From a virus (Duplodnaviria > Heunggongvirae > Uroviricota > Caudoviricetes), in the IMG/VR virus record IMGVR_UViG_3300031555_002904: a stretch of 64,000 nucleotides of DNA; one strand, given 5' to 3'. Made by a program: the position numbers and the translations under genes. Positions 11,615 through 23,900 of the stretch are shown here, one piece after another. Position 1 is the stretch's first letter; each line of letters begins with the position of its first letter. Below the pieces are notes generated by a model, which saw nothing but the letters and a program-made list of their open reading frames with translations, had not been told where the DNA came from and made no database searches.

Positions 11615-11703
11615 AATTGTAATCTCCTTTTCAATTCAATTTTGAGATTTATTCTCAATAATAATGATGTTTATTTCATGAACTTTAATCTTATTAGTCC
11701 AAG

Positions 11704-14121
11704 TTAAAATTCATAATAGTTTTGAGTTTCAATAGAGTCGATTAAAAAGCTTGTTCTTTTATCTAACTTTACATACACATCTAAAGACCCTTTAATAGTT
11801 TTTTTACCAAATCCAGGAATGCCTCCATTATAAGCGGTCCAGCATCCCACTGCATTCCACCAATTTCCAGTAGAGGTTGAAATTGCCCAATGAGTATTAC
11901 CCGAGCATTTTACTAATCCTCCACTCATATTAGAAATGTTTTTAAATCCTGTTACAGAAGTTGTATTGTTTGGATTATTTGTTTGAATCCATCTATATAC
12001 AGTACCTGCATCATCATCAGGTTGCAAAACTAAAAATTCAAATGCACCATCAGCTCCTCTTAACTATTCAGTTAAATAAAGCCTACTATATAAGTCTTCT
12101 TCTGTATGATTGGCGGCATTAGATGGTGTAAAATACTTAGTACCAGCTCTATTATTATGATGTAAAATTTGTACCCACAAATCACCATCATATCTCATTA
12201 TCTTATTAATATTATACTCAATAAAATTCTCAAAGTCAACTACTCCTTCTTTAAAGACTGAGTTGTCGCCCTCTTCAGTGAACTCATAAGCATAAACATT
12301 ACCACCATTATCTACAGTGGCACCATTTAAATATAATTCTTTAATCTATAGTTCATCTAGTGCTGTAGCATAAATTCTAACATCACTAGTATATAATTTA
12401 CTATTACCATATGTAGTACCATTATAATTACCAACCAATAAATTACCAGTACCACCGGATAAAGTACCTGCGGCCGCAGTAGATGTTAAAGGTATTCCAT
12501 CAACATATCTACGAATAGTTGTTCCATCAAATGTAGATGTAATCATATGCCATTTCCCATCAATAGTAGTACCATTTGTTGTTACGCACTAGCGAGTTCC
12601 ACTAATAACATATCCAGCGCGGAATTTACCAGTCGTTCCCTCCAATGAAAATTCATAATTAGCACTACCAAAGCTTAATGGAATATGATAATTACTATAT
12701 CCTGCGTTACTACCTTTAACCCAGCAACTCATAGTTATACTATCTTTTGGAAATATCATAGTATCACTTGCAATATAATTACTACGACCATCTGTGATGT
12801 ATGCAGAATATTTATTGCGACTAGAATCTGGCATCATCGATACTGCTCCTACTACACGACCGTGATGTCCAAAACCCGAACAGTCATAGACCTTAGAAGC
12901 TTCTCTACTACCAGAAACATAATCTGTTGCATGGTCATTAATTTCTAACTAAATATTTCTTACATAAGCAGTTCCTTCAATACCATAATGACCATACATA
13001 TATACTGCTCCCACATTAGAACTATCACCGTCTTGTCCAAGAGTCCAAGTGTATGAATATTTTTTCCAAGTTGTAGTTAAGCTCTACTAATGTTGTCCAT
13101 CATGGAAGTTATTTGAAGTTGCTCCATTTTTTCTATAATATAAACCAAACTGTACTGTTTTACCTTTTATATCACTTTTAGCTTCAAAAGAAATAGTATA
13201 TTTATTACCTTTACCAATCGCCTACGCTAAATTAACAGTACCCCATGAAGAAATTCCTAACCAACGGCCTTTATAATTATATGCTGAATTTAAATTTGGA
13301 AACACCATTGTAGGCACGTCATCTATAACATTCCAATAGGCATGATAACCAATTGTTGGTGAATCAACACCACTGTTATACCCTGCAGTAAATCCAGATA
13401 CATTAATAGCATTTGGATGTAAAGAAGAGTCCCATCCAGCACTTACTCTACTACCAGGGGTTGGATACAATAAATAATTAGTTGTGCTTTGTAAAGTACT
13501 ATCTCGTAAAGGATAATGAAGCATTAGACCTCTACTTAATTCATCAATTTCTTTTAGACAAAGTGGATGGTCATATAATCTAAAATCATTCATTTTTGCT
13601 GTTCCACTAATACTAATGGTACCAGGGCGTAATGTAAAATTATAATCAGCGCTATTGTATTGATGTTTTAAAGCTCCATTTACAAATACTTTTACCTATA
13701 CACCGAAATCTCCATTATTAACATTAATAACATAATGATTCCAGGTTCCAAGCTCCCATACTCCAGAAGTAGAACGAGTATCATAAATCCAAATCATTTG
13801 AGGTTTGTTATTATTGCAATGTAATTTAATAGCATAATTGGAAGTATAATCCATTTTTGCCATATTAAAAATATCATCAATACCTGTGTTAGTAATAGGA
13901 AATTTAATATTATAGCTATCTCCATTGGCAATATTCCACCAGAAACTACAACAAAAACCATCTGTTGAATTTAATTCTGCGGCAGTTCCTTGAATGGTGC
14001 CACTAGCGCAATAGCCCAACTTACCTTGAGTGTAAGAAACATTTGAGCTTTTAAAACGAATAGTATTTAATCCTTGGTTATTAATATGATTATTTAATGG
14101 TAACCATACTTGTAAACTCAT
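11704..14121 (-). CDS. LamG/concanavalin-like multi-domain tail spike / RBP hub, copy 1 (805 aa, table 15)
   Basis: Five track ORFs lie in one frame, joined by eight TAGs (13696, 13222, tandem 13084/13087, 12949, 12589, 12346, ~12064). Same start motif (MSLQVWLPL vs MSLLIWLPL), domain order and length as 6619..9045. RNI[Q]LE matches the typical IQLE motif of this CBM-like domain. Confidence 0.85.
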
Positions 14122-14133
14122 ATTGCCACCACC

Positions 14134-15018
14134 TTATGCGAATACAAAATTAAAACATTCTTTTGTATCATCATATTGAATTTTACCAGCTTTTTTAAAT
14201 TGAATAGCTCCTCCGTCAACACGCATATTCATTGTGGCGGTAATACCACCAATAACTTCTAATGAACCGACAGATTGGTCACTAGAAGAATTATAATATG
14301 CATCAATACCACCAACAATCTAAAATCCACCATTAAATTTTGCAGTACCATTAATAGTAAGACCATCATTGAAAGTTTTATGGCCTCCAATGGTTTGAAT
14401 ATCATTAGTAATAATACCAGAAGCAGTAGTTGAAGCAGAAGGAATAACTGCATCAAAATTTGTTCCATTTAATGCAAATCTAAATGTGGGACCTGCAGTT
14501 GTACCTGCAATCCAAGAAACTGCGGGAGCCGCAAATGCGGGAGTTCCATTACCACCGACTAAGATAGCAGATTTTGCGCCTTTTGCCGTTACTTTGAAAG
14601 CATTAGTTCCATTACCATATAAAATACCACCAGCTGTTGCAGTAGTAATACCGGTACCACCAACATTGACAGGCAATGTTCCAAATTGAGGTGTTAAATT
14701 TGTTCCAGTAGAATAAAAAGCACCTTTTGCACTTGCAACACTAGCAATACCATTTAAAGTAGTATTCTGAATTAAAACTGCATTTGCGGGAGTATTCTTT
14801 GATAAATCAACACCAGTACCACCGTGGTGATAACCTAACATCTATGGAATAATATTCAAAAAGTTAACGCCATCATCAAATAATAAATAAGCAGAATAAT
14901 CTTCATTAGTTGCAAGATAAAGGGTACCAGCTTCGTGTTTCAAATGATTTGCATTTGAATTATCAAACTTACCTGAAGCATATTGACCCTACTTAAACTG
15001 TAAAGCTAAATCAGCCAC
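14134..15018 (-). CDS. Short tail fibre / adaptor protein (294 aa, table 15)
   Basis: GTG start after GAAAGGAGG. Reads MADLALQFK[Q]GQY...GTLYLATNE; TAGs at ~14989, 14842 and 14320; TAA at 14134. GGTG repeats typical of fibres. Confidence 0.8.
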
Positions 15019-15096
15019 GAAACTGCCTCCTTTCCCTCTAATTTGTTCTATTAATACTGAGATTTAAAATAATCTATTTTTCCCTTTTGGGCCAAA

Positions 15097-15130
15097 TAAA
15101 AAAAAGGGAGAGATATAAAATCTCTCCCTA
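15097..15130 (-). terminator. Rho-independent terminator
   Basis: GGGAGAGAT / ATCTCTCCC stem followed by T8 on the minus strand. Confidence 0.8.
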
Positions 15131-15136
15131 AAACTA

Positions 15137-15724
15137 TCAATATAACTCTTCCCAGAAGCTACCTAAAGCTTCACTAAATTCATCCAACTTTTGGATAATT
15201 TCATCATATACAGTAGGAGCTAAATCATAATCATGATTAATTTTTTGAACATCCATACCATATAATACTTTACTCTTTGTTGGACGAGTGTTTAAGTTAT
15301 AAATAAATTGCTGTCCTACTTCATCAACCTTGTAGAATCGAATTGAATATTGGACTGTACCTGCGACCGCAGTTGCACCGCCATCAATACACCAAGGAAT
15401 CAACATTTTTTCCTCGTCAGCATAAGAAGTAACATCATAAAAAGGTACTGCATAAATGCGAGCCTTATTATCTGCGGTTACATATTGAACGATGCATACT
15501 GTTTGTGACAAGTCCATATAATCAAAGAAACGGTCTACTTTAAAATAGACCGTTTCAGATTTATGGTCATGTTCAACACTCAGATACTCTGGCGTTTCAA
15601 TTTGACGAGTTTTTAAGTCAATATTGTAGACTTTTTCAGACGAAGGTAAAATAGCAATTGTTGGCCGATTGTTTGATTGAATATAAGCAAGATACTTATA
15701 ATATTCTTCGGTTGAAATAATCAT
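15137..15724 (-). CDS. BppU N-terminal-like baseplate protein (195 aa)
   Basis: IDLKTRQI...EHDHKSETVYFKVDRFFDYMDL...IPWCI...GTVQYSIRF resembles the BppU_N pattern. TGA stop, no in-frame TAG. Confidence 0.6.
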   Translation of the reverse strand: MIISTEEYYKYLAYIQSNNRPTIAILPSSEKVYNIDLKTRQIETPEYLSVEHDHKSETVYFKVDRFFDYMDLSQTVCIVQYVTADNKARIYAVPFYDVTSYADEEKMLIPWCIDGGATAVAGTVQYSIRFYKVDEVGQQFIYNLNTRPTKSKVLYGMDVQKINHDYDLAPTVYDEIIQKLDEFSEALGSFWEELY

Positions 15725-15745
15725 TTTACCTCTCCTTTCAAGTTA

Positions 15746-17677
15746 TTAGAAACTTACAACAAAGTTACCAGAGTGAGCATCTTCTCTTGCGGAGTAGGCA
15801 CCATTTAATTCATTAGTTACATAGCAATGGATGAACATAACGTCACCATGAATGTTACTACCATCAATCAATAGCTTATTGCCATCAAAGCTAACACCAG
15901 GAGTGTCCTGAGTCAATAGCTTATCTTCATCGTACCACTCATAGATTAGTCTATCAGAGTGTAAAGCTACAGGCTCATCAAAAGCCTCATGCTCAATCAC
16001 AATTTCAACTAAGCGGTTGGGGAATGCTTGAGCCTCAAGCTGCTTAGAATATTCAGAAGAAGCAGGATATTTCAAGACTGGAGCTTCTGGAGCTCTAGTC
16101 ACACGAGCAACATTACTCTCAATAGCAATATCATCGCGGTTCAACATAGAAGTAACATAAACCTTATACCAGCCGGGTTCAGCAGTCTCTAAAGTCAAAT
16201 CATCAGTGACTTTACCAATCTTACCCTCGGTATTATTATCATAAGTGTGAGAAATAACATCAACCATGCCATCTTCTTTGTCATCGTTAACATTCTTCTT
16301 CCACAAATAAGTCATAGACTGATAAGCTGCAGCAGGCGCACCATCATTCTTAACTTCAACATTCAATGTTAAGCCATCATTTTCATCTAGTAAAATACCA
16401 TTTGCAGGCAATCCTAAAGCTTTTTCATCAGCGTCTTTATCACCAGAAACGAATTCCAAAACCTCGGGACCAGGAATAGTAACACTCAAAGACTTAGAAG
16501 CAGAAGGGAATCCTAGCTTATGTTTAGCAATTAGCTTGTAAGTACCAGTTACAACACCAGGAGCATCAGCAGCAGGACTAATGCTTTCAGTAATTCTATA
16601 AATGGCATAACGCTCATAAATAGCGATATTCTCTTCCTTAGTGGTTTCGAACTGATTATGAGGCAATTCCTCATATCCATAAGGAGTAGCACTTGCGTTT
16701 TGTACATAGTAAACCTTATACTCAACTGGAGCATCATCTTCAGTTTCCTTGAAAGCTGTAGTTTCAGCACCTTGAACATTGATACCAGCAACGACAATAT
16801 TGCCAGTTAAGTTACTGTACTCCCAATCATAAGACAAATGTCCCTGACCTTCAACCCAAGCTTGACCAGCCAAAGTTACAGCGTTATTCTTATCCAAATG
16901 AATAACATTGTTTTCAAAACCAATAGAATAGCCAGGAGCATCGAAGGAAGGTGGGTCTACAGTATCACTATCAGAAGTATGCTCACTATTTTCAATTGCT
17001 AGCTTAAATAAAGAAGCAGCATCATCATATTCAACATAATCAACTACGGGCTTTAATGCCTGCTTAATAGTGATAGTTGCAGGAACAGAGTTCCAGCTAT
17101 AAACAACCTTGTCGCCATCTCTCTTTAAGAAACGTAAAGAGAATTCAACAGGACCTTCTTGTGCGGTAACTGCACCAGTTAAAGGCCATACCAAAATCAA
17201 CTTACCTAAATGATGCTCGCTCTCATAATCCATATAAGGAATAGGAGTTGCGCCCTGCTCACCATTTTTCAGCTTCCACTGAATATAAGGCTCAGTCATC
17301 ATGAAGTCCATAGAATCGAAGAAGCGGTCAATGCGTAAGAACAAAGTCTCGGCAATTACGTCACCTTGAACGCCAGCGCCGTATTTCTTGAAACCATCAG
17401 GAATAGTAATAATTCTAGTATTAGCATTTACCTCTAAACAAGGTTCATCTAAAGGCAACATTAAATATTTAATTGGGTTATCAGCATTATCGACCAAGTC
17501 TCCCAAACGGGTAAAATACTTCTCCAAAGAAGAGAAACGATCGAATTGATTTAATTCGTCTTTTTCAGCTTGCTGCAGAGGAGTCTTCAATTTTCCCTGG
17601 CTATCCAGCTCTAACAGTAGCTTTCCAGCATCTGCAAAAAGGAATGAATAATCTGCATTTTTAATAGAAGTAATCAT
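15746..17677 (-). CDS. BppU-like baseplate protein with Ig-like domains (643 aa)
   Basis: BppU-like segment (ETLFLRIDRFFDSMDF...GPVEFSLRF) followed by Ig-type motifs (LSYDWEY, MTYLWKK...GWYKVYVT, LIYEWY...HCYVTN). TAA stop, no TAG. Confidence 0.6.
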   Translation of the reverse strand: MITSIKNADYSFLFADAGKLLLELDSQGKLKTPLQQAEKDELNQFDRFSSLEKYFTRLGDLVDNADNPIKYLMLPLDEPCLEVNANTRIITIPDGFKKYGAGVQGDVIAETLFLRIDRFFDSMDFMMTEPYIQWKLKNGEQGATPIPYMDYESEHHLGKLILVWPLTGAVTAQEGPVEFSLRFLKRDGDKVVYSWNSVPATITIKQALKPVVDYVEYDDAASLFKLAIENSEHTSDSDTVDPPSFDAPGYSIGFENNVIHLDKNNAVTLAGQAWVEGQGHLSYDWEYSNLTGNIVVAGINVQGAETTAFKETEDDAPVEYKVYYVQNASATPYGYEELPHNQFETTKEENIAIYERYAIYRITESISPAADAPGVVTGTYKLIAKHKLGFPSASKSLSVTIPGPEVLEFVSGDKDADEKALGLPANGILLDENDGLTLNVEVKNDGAPAAAYQSMTYLWKKNVNDDKEDGMVDVISHTYDNNTEGKIGKVTDDLTLETAEPGWYKVYVTSMLNRDDIAIESNVARVTRAPEAPVLKYPASSEYSKQLEAQAFPNRLVEIVIEHEAFDEPVALHSDRLIYEWYDEDKLLTQDTPGVSFDGNKLLIDGSNIHGDVMFIHCYVTNELNGAYSAREDAHSGNFVVSF

Positions 17678-17707
17678 TTCTAAATATCATCCTTTCTTTA
17701 AATTTGC

Positions 17708-17731
17708 GAGGGAGAGATTACTCTCTCCCTC
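17708..17731 (-). promoter_or_regulatory. Stem-loop without a U-tract in the 5' leader of 15746..17677
   Basis: GAGGGAGAG / CTCTCCCTC stem followed by GCAAATTT rather than a T-run. Confidence 0.45.
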
Positions 17732-17763
17732 TATTATTTTGATAATTTAATTAAATAATTAAA

Positions 17764-17973
17764 TTATTTCTGTCCAGCAACTTCTTTCCAAAGAGGAAGG
17801 TCAGCTTCTGGAATTACTACGGTATCATGGTAAGTCTTGCCATCGCAAGTCAAACGCTTACCCTGGTCTGCAGTTAGACGATATTTTCTAATATAATAAA
17901 CATCTTCTAAATGCACAGGAGAACAAATAGTACCATTAGTACCTAAGTAAGTATATAAAACTTGTTTAGTCAT
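17764..17973 (-). CDS. Small protein (69 aa), probable fibre chaperone or accessory of the giant protein
   Basis: AAGGAGG RBS, TAA stop, directly downstream of the 2683-aa gene. Confidence 0.7.
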   Translation of the reverse strand: MTKQVLYTYLGTNGTICSPVHLEDVYYIRKYRLTADQGKRLTCDGKTYHDTVVIPEADLPLWKEVAGQK

Positions 17974-17989
17974 TTTTTATCCTCCTTTA

Positions 17990-20900
17990 TTATTTTCCGA
18001 CAATAGAGATATTATCAATACTGTCAACGGTTACGAATGGTTGACCATTAGCTCCACCAACAATCCAATCATTCCAAGTGGTTTCCATACCAGATGGACA
18101 ATAAATAGTTACGACAGAAGGTCTAGAGCCTTGACCATTTTCGATACAAGCGACATCTCTCTTGTTCTTTAACCATTTTTCTTGAGTTAACTGAGAAGGA
18201 GAATTTTCTGCACCAATAGTTAAGGTTTTCAATGCAATACCCCAAGAAATTGCTCCACCTAAAATATCTCTTAGCATTGGATTCAATACGCAATCAACAG
18301 GTTCAGCTAAGTTACCAGTAGCAGAGAAAGCGTAAGTTTGAATCAATACTAATGGGTCGCAGAATGTAAAGTTACTAAAGTAAGGACAGCTTTCAAAAGC
18401 GCCATTATTAATAACTCTCAACTTCTTCATTGCGGGGAAGTCAACATATTTCAAAGCTTTCATACGAGCAAAGAAATTGTTGTAAATAATACGAACTTCA
18501 CAAGTAGCTGCACTATCAAAGAAGATATGAGTAATATACTCATCTTCAGTGAATCCACGATATTCATAGATTGGTTGTCCAGCGGTTACACCATCAATGC
18601 CAGAAGGAGTTCGAGTTGGTAAAGTAATCTTACCTTTCAAGAAGCCATTCTTATATTCAGGCTTCAAAGATAAAATGTATCCATTAGAATAATCATAAGT
18701 TCCGCCTTCACCATATGCGTCAGTATAACTAGAACCTACAGTGTAATTAAAGTATTTCACTGGGTCAGTTACATTTGCAAAAACACTTTCCTTCTTATAT
18801 ACCGCATAGAATGTATAATCTCTGGTTGCAGGATACATAGAAACATTGATTAAAGGAAGTTCTTCATCAGGAACATTTTCACCGTAAATAACTTTAGCCT
18901 TTTCAATGTCATTAGTCCAGCCCTTAAATGCATTACGCATATACAAATCATCGGCAGTTAGGTTTACAGGTGCGGGAACATTATCATTCATATAAGAACC
19001 CTTATCACTGTAAGCAACCTTAGCTACTTGTCTATATGTTGGGTCGAAGTAATCTAAGAAGACTGCTTCGTATTCATGCTCAGTTAAAATAGCATAGAAA
19101 GGATAGTCAAACTTATCAGCTGCGAACAGCTTAGATTTTGCAGCCATCCAAGCTACATTATGAGCAGCAATCTTTTCTGCGTCAGTCATATCATCGTTGA
19201 TATCACCATAAATAATTTTACTCTTGTCTGCGGCATTGGAAGAAGTAGACCAACCATAGAAATCCCAGTGGGCTCTTTCTACTTTATACAAGCTATATGG
19301 GTTAGTAAACCACAAAGTGGAATCCCCAGCCATAGCTTCTTGACTAATCTTCTGAACACTAGGTCCATATCCATCAGAACTTAAGTAATCAACGAATCCT
19401 TCTGCACCAGTATCTTTATCTACTAAAACGAATTTAGCAGAGTATGCAGGAGTAACGTTAGCAAAGAAGAATGTTAAGTTAGGATAATACATCTGTAAAG
19501 TATCCTGAATAGAACTTTCTTCAATAGGAGTAGTATTATTGATATAAATTACACCAGTAATATTAGGTCTATTTAGACCACTAGCATCCTTGAAGCGAGG
19601 ATTACTATACAAATTGGTTAACATAGTAATTGCATCATCGGCAACATTAGTAATGTCTGCTGCAAATTCGCCAGCCTCAGTGCGGCCGCCATGTCCATCG
19701 TCACGATACAAGCCACCACTCAATACATCAATATTGAACTGCTTTTCATTATAGACATAACCATCAGGATTATACAGAGTAAATCCATAGTGACCATTAT
19801 CAATGTAATACTTCTTAGAAGCATCAAATACGTCACCTTCAGTTAAATGAGTATAAGGACACCATTCAACATCAGTCATGGTTACATTGGCATTACCAGC
19901 ATTATTATTTAAAGTATACAATTGCTTTAGAATGATGTAACTATTATAACCTAATTTACCGCCAATAAATTTAACTGTATTCATCTTGGAACTACCCTCG
20001 AAGAAACCTTCTAAGTATAATCCAGGATTTGCTTCTAATTCATCGGTAGTAACATTTAAAGTGGGAATTTCATATGCATGGTCTTCATCATGGCCAATTA
20101 ATTCAGTTAACAAGTTAGCTTGAGTTAAGGCCAAAGAACCAACGGATGCAGGCAAATACAAAGTATTTAACGCAACACCATCTGCAAATGTAACAGAAGT
20201 TAAGTTACTTGCACCAGTAGCTCTGAAGTTTTCCATCTTTTCAGAAGAGCTAAAATCAAGAGCAGTTTCATTTACTAGACCAATATTACAGAAGTTAACT
20301 TCTTTTAATAGAGGTAGTGAAGTAGGTACTGTAATACCATTTAACTTCTTATTATACCAACCAATTTCAGTCTTAGTACTTGCATTACTATCTTTATAGT
20401 CAATGGTAGTACCATCATGACCAAGCTTCAAGCGAGTTAGCTTATCAGCCTTACCCTCAAGTTTAAACTCAGTCCAATACATCTTACTTAAGTCACCGAA
20501 ATCAGACATTTGGTTAGTACCATAAATATATAACAACTGTTCAGGATAGTTGTCACTATTTTTAATACCATTTTCCAATTCATTTAATACGAATTGCATC
20601 TTATGGATACCATCATATTTCTTAGAAGGATAGTTCATACTGTCATCACCAGCAGTAACATATGCGCTTCGAATTGGAGTAGGTTCAATCCAATATTCAG
20701 AGTCAAACTCGTGAGTCTTGGTTCCAAAAGGTACATTGTTTACCCAATATGGGTCATCAACGCTATTGGTCCATTTATCAGAGTGAACATCAGTAATATC
20801 AGAGTCAAGGTCACTTCTGTTGTTAGCAGAAATACGACCCCATAGACGGTTCGCACCACCACGAGCATAGTTACCTTGGGTCAACCAAGAGTCAATGTAC

Positions 20901-23900
20901 TCAAGACGATTTCCAACGAACTGCTGACGAGATTGAGAACGGTCACCTTGTAAAGCATAGAAGTAAGTGCCGGTGTCTGGTTCAGCGAACGCACCACCAG
21001 AACCTTCGCCGCCCAAGTGAGCAACGCCCTCTTCTTTTGCTTTGGGGTTACAAATAGTAATATACTTAAAGTACATATCCAAATTAGTAGCTAATAATGG
21101 ACGCTCGCCTTCACAAGCAATATTATTAGTTGCATCAGGATTAAAAGTATACCACTTTTCAATATAATCAACAGACTGTAAAGGAGCTTTACTAGTTCCG
21201 TCTGCATTTAATAATTTAGCAAACTTAGGAGTATCATTACCTCTTAAGTTTCTATATTTAGGAACAATCCAAGTGTCTTTAAAGAACTTATAGAAGTTGT
21301 TCCACAAGATACTATCAGAAGTAGAGAAGTTACCTGCTTCAGTAGCATCAACATTGAATTCGAATGAAGGAATACCAGTATTGTTAATACCTAACTGAGT
21401 ATCAATATCATAGAAGATTGGATACCAGATGTACTCTCCACCAGCTTCATGAGGACCCCAAGAGGCCATCATACAGTTCTTACCACGAGAGTCGTATAAC
21501 TCCATAACTTCAGTCATTACGAAGTAAGTAGCAACGTACTCAGGGTCGAAGTGGTCTTCAAATTCATTAGTAAATTTAGCAGCACGATATTCTTTAGTAT
21601 CGTGAGTATAAACCTTACCAGCATATTCTTTTGGAGCTGCTACATAATATAATCCCTTAGCCCAATCCTCTTGAGAAGGAGTTTCGACCGCGCGGACTGC
21701 ACCGGTTGGATGACCTGGGTTAATAACAACACCATTAGCAGCGTCGTTCATATCATAGTCCATACCATGCCAAGTATAATACTGAGTATTAGCATCATAA
21801 GTAGCATTCTCAATATCTACTGGAGCAATCAGTAAGTCAAAACGAGAATTTAGAGTGTCTAGAGTATCATCTTTAAATTCGTAGTAAGTAGTACCACCAG
21901 CAAATTCTTCATTAGATAATGCATAAACATCATCAGTAGTGCTTACAGTGTTTCCACCAGCAGTTAATACATAGAACTTACCTTTTACATATACATACTC
22001 AGCAGGACATACATTAACTGGAATGTAGCGGTCTTCAATAACCTGCTCATAATAAATCTTATTTGCATCAAAAGTGCTTGCATCAATTACATATTCACCA
22101 TCAGCATTTAAGATGTAATATTTACCAGAAATATAAGTCTCTGCAGTTAAAGAGATAACATCATAGTTGACTTCACTCTTTACATAGTAGGTAGTGTTTT
22201 CATCAAAGTCGGCATTACTAATAGCGTAAGAATCACCATCAACTACATAGTAAACACCAGGCTCATATGCGGTATCACCGACAGGAACTTTAGAGTAAGT
22301 ACCTTGAGAAACAACTGCATCAAGATTAGTACTCCACAACCATTTACATACTTTTTCCCAGTTAGTATGAGTAGATAGCAATGCCTTAGCACCGGCCTCT
22401 AAATCGCCCTTAGGAATTGTACCAGTTCCTAACTCTTCAGCAACTTCATCAAGTTCACCTTGAGTAGCTTGCTTAAAGTTGTAAAGAATATCAATATAAT
22501 CATCCTTGCTGTGATAGCGATATTCAAAGCTATTAGCCACAACAGGAGCTTCATTAGCATTGTAACCACCATTAGATACAGTGGAATTAGTAGGAGGTGT
22601 GAAACTTAATTCAACACGGCTCCATGGGTCACGATAAGAGCAATAACCACGAGCATTGTTAGAGAACTCCCAACATTCTGCTACGTCTCGTACTGCCTTA
22701 TATTCCATTTTACCTTCATCATTTAAACCCTTAGGGAATAACTTATTAGTAACTTTCTTACTAGGTTTAAATCCTAAGACCTGAGTAGAGCTCTTATCCA
22801 ATAGCATACGATAAAAACCGATGAAAGTGTACTTAGCATTATCACCAGAACCAGTCTTTTGGAAAGCCATAACTGGGAAGCCCAATAGAGAAGTACGATA
22901 ATCGCCCCATTGAATACCCTTAATTACAGAGCTATCAACAACAGGTTCCAATTTATTGGTATTATTTAATAAAGCTAAATAGTCTTGTAAAGGATGCTTA
23001 GTATAACCATTACCAACCATAGATGCGAAACCTGCATTATAAGAACCAGAAGATTCCATATAGTCAACTTTCATAGTCCATCTATCAGTTCCGTTAGTAT
23101 AGTTATTCATATACCAACCATCAGCACAACGACACTCTTCATGTCCAAGATATTTACTATCTTGTGCTAACTTAGCTTTATCAGAAACGAAAACTTCAGC
23201 ATAAGGTCCACGGTTTAAGAAGATATTTAAAGAATCTTCTTCCATATATAAACCGCTCTCAGCATTTAATTTTTCAAGCTCTTCTGGTTTTAATTCAGCC
23301 TTCTCCTTATCGGTAAAGTCTGCGATTGGTTTCCAGTTAAATTCTCCTTCTACCTTAGTCTTAATCTTGTAATTACGACGAGGATAGAACTCAGAAGAAG
23401 TACCCTGAACAGCAAATTCAACCTTATCTCCAGAAGTCATAGTGGAAATCCAAGATGGGCAATGATGCTTGTAGTACAAGCGAACGCCTTCTTTAATTTT
23501 ATCACTATCAGTTTCGCCTTCTGCGATTAAGCCATCGGCACGAGCCAAAGTCTCTAATTCACCATTAGCATATGCTCTTTCCAAATTGGTATTAACAAAT
23601 TCAACACTAATGTATTTAGTATCGTCTTTACTATATGGTAAAGTAGCATTACCAGTATCGTAAATGATATAAGGCATCAAAGGTTCATTAGGATGAGCTT
23701 CATTATATCTTAGCATAGCTTCATAAGAGAACTGGAACTCTTTCAAGTTATTATTCTCCTCAGCCAATGCATAAGCATTACTTTGGTCAAAGATTTTTAC
23801 GTTCTTGCGGTCAACAGAGAAATTTTGTACAATCTGATTAACATTTAAATCAGAATTATAAATTCTCAATTTATATAAATCAATGTCACAATTACTAGAA

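Noticed and set aside
3072-14121. Diversity-generating retroelement acting on the fibre or hub C-termini
   Set aside because: No reverse transcriptase and no near-identical template/variable repeat pair differing at adenines was seen. The two hub paralogs are far too diverged.
15131-15139. TAG after the TGA of 15137..15724 as evidence that TAG still acts as a stop
   Set aside because: It lies downstream of a genuine TGA in non-coding sequence, so it says nothing about decoding.
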